A stretch of 63,678 nt of DNA, filler included, from Aduncisulcus paluster (taxonomy: Eukaryota), in the NCBI GenBank assembly GCA_024181965.1. It is 8 parts of 8 records of this genome, joined end to end, with 100 filler letters (N's around TTAATTAATTAA, not from the genome) between each part and the next. Parts side by side here need not be neighbours in the genome. Positions count along the whole stretch, not along the records: positions 54,937 to 63,678 come from BQXS01012638.1; 7 more parts are not named here. One strand, written 5' to 3'. Positions 57,976 through 63,678 of the stretch are shown one piece after another. The translations under genes were made by a program, and so were the position numbers. A model generated the notes under the pieces. It saw only the letters and a program-made list of their open reading frames with translations. It had not been told where the DNA came from and ran no database searches. Each line of letters starts with the position of its first letter. Position 1 is the stretch's first letter.

Positions 57976-58479
57976 TGCTCCTTTTTGTCCAATTTCTGTA
58001 CTTGCCCAATTTCTGTATTTTGAAGTTTATTTATCAAAACCGTTAACTTTGTAAATGAATACGATGTCTCACATTGTATTATCTACATCTGAGCTCTCCA
58101 AGTGCAATGCATTATGATCATTTTATTAGGGAAAGTGGATCGAAAGTTAAAATGGTGCTTTAAAATGAATCAGTGTAAAGTTTAAACAACAAAATTATCA
58201 AATGGGAGGAAAAAAAAAAAAAAATGATTAGATGTTCAATATTATCTTAAATATTGAAACCATCGGGTTAAAACATGTTCAAATTATCATAGATATTATT
58301 ATCAGTGAAATCAATTAAAAAATAAATGAAAAAATAAAGAACATGGATCTTGACTCAAAGTTAAAGTGAAAGGATCTAGAGAAATCAATAACTAATAAAA
58401 AATATTGCGACGAGGCTCTATAATAATGAATTTTAAAAAAAAGTAAACAAATCATTAAATATTCTAAATAAAAAGAAAC

Positions 58480-61400
58480 TTATTTTGATACTATCACCCT
58501 CTTCTTCCTCTTTTTTATCCTCTTCTTTGTTCTACTTGGTTTCAGAGGATTTAGAGAAATGTCGGGAGACATTGGAGATTCTTCAGACACACAACCATCA
58601 AGAGTGGAGCGATCGGACGAGTGAGACGTAGAAACAACATTGTTGTTGGATTCATCCTCATCCAACATTCTGCGTCTTGTTGATTTCTTCCTAACAATAG
58701 TTTTGCCATGTCTTTTCCGAGACTTCTTCCTGCTCTTAGCTCTTCGATGCACATGATCTTCTTCGATGGTCTCAGCCATACCAAGAGATGCATCAGACAC
58801 AATGACAACAGAATCGTCATGGGAAGGATCTTGTGGAGAAGATGGAGGATTTGAGGAATGTTGGAGTTGAGATAGTTGAGATATTCCTTCCATTGGAACA
58901 CTGGGGAAGGAAATGATATGCGATGAAGGGAGAGTTGTGTCTTCTTCTTCATGAAGACTTTCACTCCTATTTTTCTCAAGGTTCTGCTTCCTTCTTCTGG
59001 ACCGGACCAGTATGAAACCCACAAAGACAATGGATCCAATGAAGAGGATAGAGGAGGCAGATACAAAAATATATATAACGACAGGAGTTTTATCCTCAAG
59101 ACTGCATATGTCTCCATGCCATCCATCATAACAGACACATCCATACTCTGACGACTGAGCAAAGAGAGCACACACTCCATGGGAGTTGCATGCAATCGTG
59201 GCAGAGGTCGATTCTGGATCATCTTCCTCCTGTGAGCTCGAATAGTAACAAACATTGAGTGAACAGGGAGTGCCACTGAGCTCTGTCGAAGAATCATCTA
59301 TCGCATCATTCCATCCAAAGTCACAAGTACATGTGGCTTTCAACGTCTCAGAATCAATCTCACAACTCCCATGACTGTCTGTTCCAATCCCACATCCAAC
59401 ACAGGCAGTGTCATTGCCCTCGATCTCACTGTATGTTGGATGGGAAGCAGGATCTATACAAGTCCCAGATGATGAATCCAACACAAGACCATCCAGAGAG
59501 CACGTGCATGTATTTGTCCCAGAGTCAGAGAGATAGGAATAGCTGGCAGATGTCTCATTGGAGCTTGAGCTTGATGATGAGGATGATGCTGATGCTGCTG
59601 ATGCTGAGGAGGAATAGTCCCTTCCACACATGAAGTCAACAAATTCACCATCAATGACAAAAGTATCGGTGGGGAGCTGTGTTTGACAAGAACTCCCATA
59701 CCATCCATCTTCACAAGAACACTGGAACTCATCATTACTCTCGCTTGACTCACTTGGAATGCATTGGCCATGGGAACCACAGAGAGCGATAGAGTCACAA
59801 TACAACTCACACGCATCTCCAAGGAAGTTGGTAGCACATTGACATGTGTGGGTGTCCACATCACATGTGCCTCGTGGACTCCCACTGCACTCCTGGGAAG
59901 TGAGCTCGTTCACGGGACAATATGAGGAACACGTGTCTCCATACCATCCATCAGAACACACACAGGAGGAGGATGTTTCCCCTGAGCTATCATCCGATGA
60001 AGACATACATGAGCCTCGAGTTCCTCCACATCCAACACACCGCTCGCTAGAAACACACGCTCCAGAATCCTCGTCCAGATACGAGTTCCCTGGACACACA
60101 CATGCTTGTTCGTCAAGGGGTAGCCAAGCAGAGCAAACCATTCCAGATGTTTCAAAATCACACTCACTATTGGAACTGCCACACGACAGATTGACGGATG
60201 AGTCATTCCCGTTCGATAATGGGATATAAATAGAATCAATGTCTGAGGAAGAATTTAATTGTAGATACTCAAGACAGACAGTCGTGTCAGATGCTGGACA
60301 TGGTAAGTCGATGTTATCCTGAATGCTGAGCGATTCTAGATTCTCCATAGAATCCAAGAGATATGCGATGGATGAGAGATCAGAGATGTTGTTCCCATCC
60401 AGACATAGCTCGGTTATACCCATCAATGAGGACTGAATATACACTATCCCAAGGTCAGAGACATCACAGTTGACCATGGAGAAGGATGTCAGGGTGCATG
60501 ACAAGGGAGATTCATAAGATGATGAGTCCTCATCGCTGCCATCCACATACGTGTACTGGGCCAAGAAGTCAATGAGATACATGACATCATAGCCATCGAG
60601 AGTGTCATCAGTGGGATTTCCAAGTTCAGGACTATCATGGAACGTTAACGATCGAAGGGAACACAGCCCAACACATGAACTCACACAGACATCTTGCTGG
60701 TCTTCTTCTTCGTTCGAGGACGTTGAATCGTCAGAGTCGCCAGAGTCAGACTCGGATAGGCATGATTCTTTCAGAGCAGTCACGGCGGAAGCGATGGATT
60801 GGATGTCTGAATATGTCGTATTCGAAGGCAAGGTGAGGGATAAAAGGTCGTCTAGACTTGCAATCGGGGAATAATCATCAATATCAGACCCATCTTGGAT
60901 AACTAATGCCTCCAAATTCTCACATAGATCTATTCCTTGAATGCTACTCACAGCAGAAGGGATCTCGAGATATTTGATGGAGGAAAGGTCAGAGATGAGG
61001 AGAGAATCAAGAAGGTAACTGTTATCACCAGAACATTCGACACCATTCACAGTTTCACAGAGAATAGCAGCTAATTCCTCATCAATTCCATCAATGTCAC
61101 TCACATACCCTTCCTGGAGAGTGCACAGAGCACCAGTCATTCCAAAGGGACACTGACATTCGTGAAGCTGTGTGTCACAGGTATATTCTCCACAAACATC
61201 TCCAGAGGACTCATCAATGGGACACTCGACAGAACAATCATCGCCATACCATCCAGTTGAACATGCAATCGACACTGTATTACTCTCTTCTGAGAGTATT
61301 GTGCACTCATAATGAGTATCCTGACATTGGTCAAGGATAGAATCATCAGTGTCATCGGGGAAAGCGGTACAATCAAGGTCGGATACACCAATTGTCCTGA

Positions 61401-63678
61401 GATATCCAGGTGAACACTTGATCTCAATGATAGGGTTCATTTCAGCATCGAGGGAGAGGACATAGCACATGTAACTGGATGTGATAGGGTTTGGACATTG
61501 TGTGTCTGAGGTGGATGTTACAGCTTGTGCCTGTGCACCCACATATATACCCTCGTTACAGGAAGATTGGCCTCCTTCTTCGGAACTGAGTGTTGTTGGG
61601 AATACAAGGGACAAGTCAGAGCAAGACACGTCAGATCCTAGGAGATTATCCACAAGGTCAATGTACTCGAGATGGTCACTCAAGGAGTATATGTCAGTCA
61701 GATTGATCACATAGTTCCCAGAGATATCAAGGAGTGTGAGAGAATCCATAGAGGACAATGGAGAGAGGTCATACAACATGTTATAGGAGATGTCCAAGGA
61801 AGAGATGGTCACCAAACATGAGAGGGCATCGATAGTCTGAAGAGTGTTGGAACCAAGGTCAAGGAGTGAGAGAGACTCAGAGGATGAACAGAGATACGGA
61901 CAAGACTCAAGGGAGCAATCGTTAAGAACAAGGGTCTTAAGATTGGAGAATGAGGAGAATTGGTCAATGGTTTGCTGCGAGAGGGAAGTTCCAGAGAGAT
62001 CAATGCTTGACAGTGATTCAGAGAGAGATACTAGAGGAGAGATATCGATTGAATCACTACATCCACTCAGATTAATCTCTTCAAGGGATTCAAGCAATTC
62101 TATTCCCTGGATATCGTTGAGATTACCACATCCACTGAACGATATAGAGATAGTGTTCTTGGCAAGGGATAACCCAGTCAAAGGTCCCGATATACTCCCT
62201 GTGCTTGTAGTGCTTGTACTGGACGTTGAACATGAGAGGTCATCGATAGTCTGAAGAGTGTTGGAACCAAGGTCAAGGAGTGAGAGAGACTCAGAGGATG
62301 AACAGAGATACGGACAAGACTCAAGGGAGCAATCGTTAAGAACAAGGGTCTTAAGATTGGAGAATGAGGAGAATTGGTCAATGGTTTGCTGCGAGAGGGA
62401 AGTTCCAGAGAGATCAATGCTTGACAGTGATTCAGAGAGAGATACTAGAGGAGAGATATCGATTGAATCACTACATCCACTCAGATTAATCTCTTCAAGG
62501 GATTCAAGCAATTCTATTCCCTGGATATCGTTGAGATTACCACATCCACTGAACGATATAGAGATAGTGTTCTTGGCAAGGGATAACCCAGTCAAAGGTC
62601 CCGATATACTCCCTGTGCTTGTAGTGCTTGTACTGGACGTTGAACATGAGAGGTCAAGGTATTCAGGGAGGTCAAGCATCTCCTGTGGAGTAATCATACA
62701 AGAGGAAGAATCCTTTGAGAGGAGATCACACACAGCAGAGTGAATGTATTCGTCGGCGAAATGCACATACTCACAAGCATCTCCCTCATACTCATCCTCA
62801 CACTCACACAGATGGGATACAGAGTTACAAGCTCCATGGGATCCCATGTATTCACTCTCGACACCACACATTCCTGACGACAAGTCGAAAGGATCTAACG
62901 GACATGCACAATCACACATATCTCCATACCACTGGTCAGAACAAGGAGAACATATCATATACTCGGACGAAGGATCAACAGTGCTGTTATCCTCGTTACC
63001 GTCCTCATCAGTCATGTATGCACACTCTCCATATATGCATGTCTCACAGGACAACTGGCATGCAGAACCTGTGTATGATGTTGAACACTCACATTCATGA
63101 GTCTCAGTGTTACACACACCATGGAGAACATCTCCACCACATTGCTGTGCATTGTAGACAGGGCATGCGGCACTGCACTCAGAACCATACCAGTCAGAAA
63201 GACATTGCAGGCTAATGACACCACTGTCCTCATCCAATACACACTCTTGGTTAGCGGATAAGGCAGAGTAACACGTCGAATACAACGGGTCAGAGGAAGC
63301 AATGGGAACACACTCAGGGGATGAGGATGATGTGAGGACACGATATGAACCTGGGGAACAGACAGCACCCCAACTATATGGATAGATCTCGGCACAGTAC
63401 ACATACTCAGAGTACGAGAAGTCAGAGCAGGCGCATGTGTTGTCAGATGAACTGAAGCTGCTCAGCTGCGTGAAAGAGGAAGTAAAGACAGATGTGTCGT
63501 CAGAGGTAGAGTCGAGACCACAGATGAGGTTTCCACTGATGTCAAGCTCAATGAGGGAGGTCGAGAGAGTTCTGAGAACGGGCGAGATGTCTTGAATTGC
63601 ATTGTTTGACGCATTCAATCCCTCCAAACCTGGCAATTGGAGGACAAAGGCAAGGGAGGTATTCAGGGAGGTCAAGCA
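58480..63678 (-). CDS. Type I membrane protein with alternating LRR blocks and Cys-rich EGF-like modules, one TM helix and a basic cytosolic tail; 5' end outside the window
   Basis: LxxLDLSxNxLxDLSPL repeats; CxxGWYGxxC and CxCxxxYxGxxC EGF motifs; TM VVIYIFVSASSILFIGSIVFVGFILV followed by RSRRRK. Confidence 0.92.
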   Translation of the reverse strand, partial: CLTSLNTSLAFVLQLPGLEGLNASNNAIQDISPVLRTLSTSLIELDISGNLICGLDSTSDDTSVFTSSFTQLSSFSSSDNTCACSDFSYSEYVYCAEIYPYSWGAVCSPGSYRVLTSSSSPECVPIASSDPLYSTCYSALSANQECVLDEDSGVISLQCLSDWYGSECSAACPVYNAQQCGGDVLHGVCNTETHECECSTSYTGSACQLSCETCIYGECAYMTDEDGNEDNSTVDPSSEYMICSPCSDQWYGDMCDCACPLDPFDLSSGMCGVESEYMGSHGACNSVSHLCECEDEYEGDACEYVHFADEYIHSAVCDLLSKDSSSCMITPQEMLDLPEYLDLSCSTSSTSTTSTGSISGPLTGLSLAKNTISISFSGCGNLNDIQGIELLESLEEINLSGCSDSIDISPLVSLSESLSSIDLSGTSLSQQTIDQFSSFSNLKTLVLNDCSLESCPYLCSSSESLSLLDLGSNTLQTIDDLSCSTSSTSTTSTGSISGPLTGLSLAKNTISISFSGCGNLNDIQGIELLESLEEINLSGCSDSIDISPLVSLSESLSSIDLSGTSLSQQTIDQFSSFSNLKTLVLNDCSLESCPYLCSSSESLSLLDLGSNTLQTIDALSCLVTISSLDISYNMLYDLSPLSSMDSLTLLDISGNYVINLTDIYSLSDHLEYIDLVDNLLGSDVSCSDLSLVFPTTLSSEEGGQSSCNEGIYVGAQAQAVTSTSDTQCPNPITSSYMCYVLSLDAEMNPIIEIKCSPGYLRTIGVSDLDCTAFPDDTDDSILDQCQDTHYECTILSEESNTVSIACSTGWYGDDCSVECPIDESSGDVCGEYTCDTQLHECQCPFGMTGALCTLQEGYVSDIDGIDEELAAILCETVNGVECSGDNSYLLDSLLISDLSSIKYLEIPSAVSSIQGIDLCENLEALVIQDGSDIDDYSPIASLDDLLSLTLPSNTTYSDIQSIASAVTALKESCLSESDSGDSDDSTSSNEEEDQQDVCVSSCVGLCSLRSLTFHDSPELGNPTDDTLDGYDVMYLIDFLAQYTYVDGSDEDSSSYESPLSCTLTSFSMVNCDVSDLGIVYIQSSLMGITELCLDGNNISDLSSIAYLLDSMENLESLSIQDNIDLPCPASDTTVCLEYLQLNSSSDIDSIYIPLSNGNDSSVNLSCGSSNSECDFETSGMVCSAWLPLDEQACVCPGNSYLDEDSGACVSSERCVGCGGTRGSCMSSSDDSSGETSSSCVCSDGWYGDTCSSYCPVNELTSQECSGSPRGTCDVDTHTCQCATNFLGDACELYCDSIALCGSHGQCIPSESSESNDEFQCSCEDGWYGSSCQTQLPTDTFVIDGEFVDFMCGRDYSSSASAASASSSSSSSSSNETSASYSYLSDSGTNTCTCSLDGLVLDSSSGTCIDPASHPTYSEIEGNDTACVGCGIGTDSHGSCEIDSETLKATCTCDFGWNDAIDDSSTELSGTPCSLNVCYYSSSQEEDDPESTSATIACNSHGVCALFAQSSEYGCVCYDGWHGDICSLEDKTPVVIYIFVSASSILFIGSIVFVGFILVRSRRRKQNLEKNRSESLHEEEDTTLPSSHIISFPSVPMEGISQLSQLQHSSNPPSSPQDPSHDDSVVIVSDASLGMAETIEEDHVHRRAKSRKKSRKRHGKTIVRKKSTRRRMLDEDESNNNVVSTSHSSDRSTLDGCVSEESPMSPDISLNPLKPSRTKKRIKKRKKRVIVSK
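61827..62654. repeat. 414-bp exact in-frame tandem duplication within the LRR region
   Basis: 61827-62240 = 62241-62654. Confidence 0.92.

Noticed and set aside
4134..63678. Alternative genetic code (TAA/TAG = Gln as in hexamitid diplomonads)
   Set aside because: Conserved genes end at TAA/TAG at the expected positions (NOP2, CCT3, RPA49-like) and long ORFs are open under the standard code.

Overview
This window is eukaryotic and is not one locus. It is eight unrelated contigs (1-6430, 6531-13879, 13980-25411, 25512-33741, 33842-40863, 40964-49247, 49348-54836, 54937-63678) joined by identical artificial 100-nt linkers (N44-TTAATTAATTAA-N44), so gene order across linkers is meaningless. The genome is gene-dense and intron-poor, uses the standard code, has AT-rich intergenic DNA, and encodes proteins with long poly-E/poly-S inserts. 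From memory, this style and the kinase-repeat family suggest a free-living fornicate such as Aduncisulcus paluster; this is inference, not a search result. Recognisable genes: EFR3, RMC1-like, C2CD5-like, MYCBPAP-like, NOP2, CCHCR1-like, FIP1, OSCP1, an ARID protein, TSG101/Vps23, CCT3, RPA49/POLR1E, an MFS transporter, a kinase with two 337-aa repeats, and an LRR/EGF single-pass membrane protein. Five short GT-AG introns can be reconstructed in frame, four within five codons of the ATG. Most interesting observations: (i) a kinase fused to duplicated ARM-like modules whose differences cluster in periodic patches, as expected of a variable sensor; (ii) an apparent calponin-homology/MFS fusion; (iii) a contig bracketed by a ~1-1.5 kb inverted repeat whose copies differ by a microhomology-bounded 451-nt indel, a 44-nt (CAA)5-tailed segment between 8-bp direct repeats, and a templated inverted insertion; (iv) a tRNA-shaped element with a broken acceptor stem; (v) an LTR gag-protease remnant next to a small hairpin/inverted-repeat element. 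Several exact duplications are probably assembly artefacts. All family assignments are by eye from remembered motifs.
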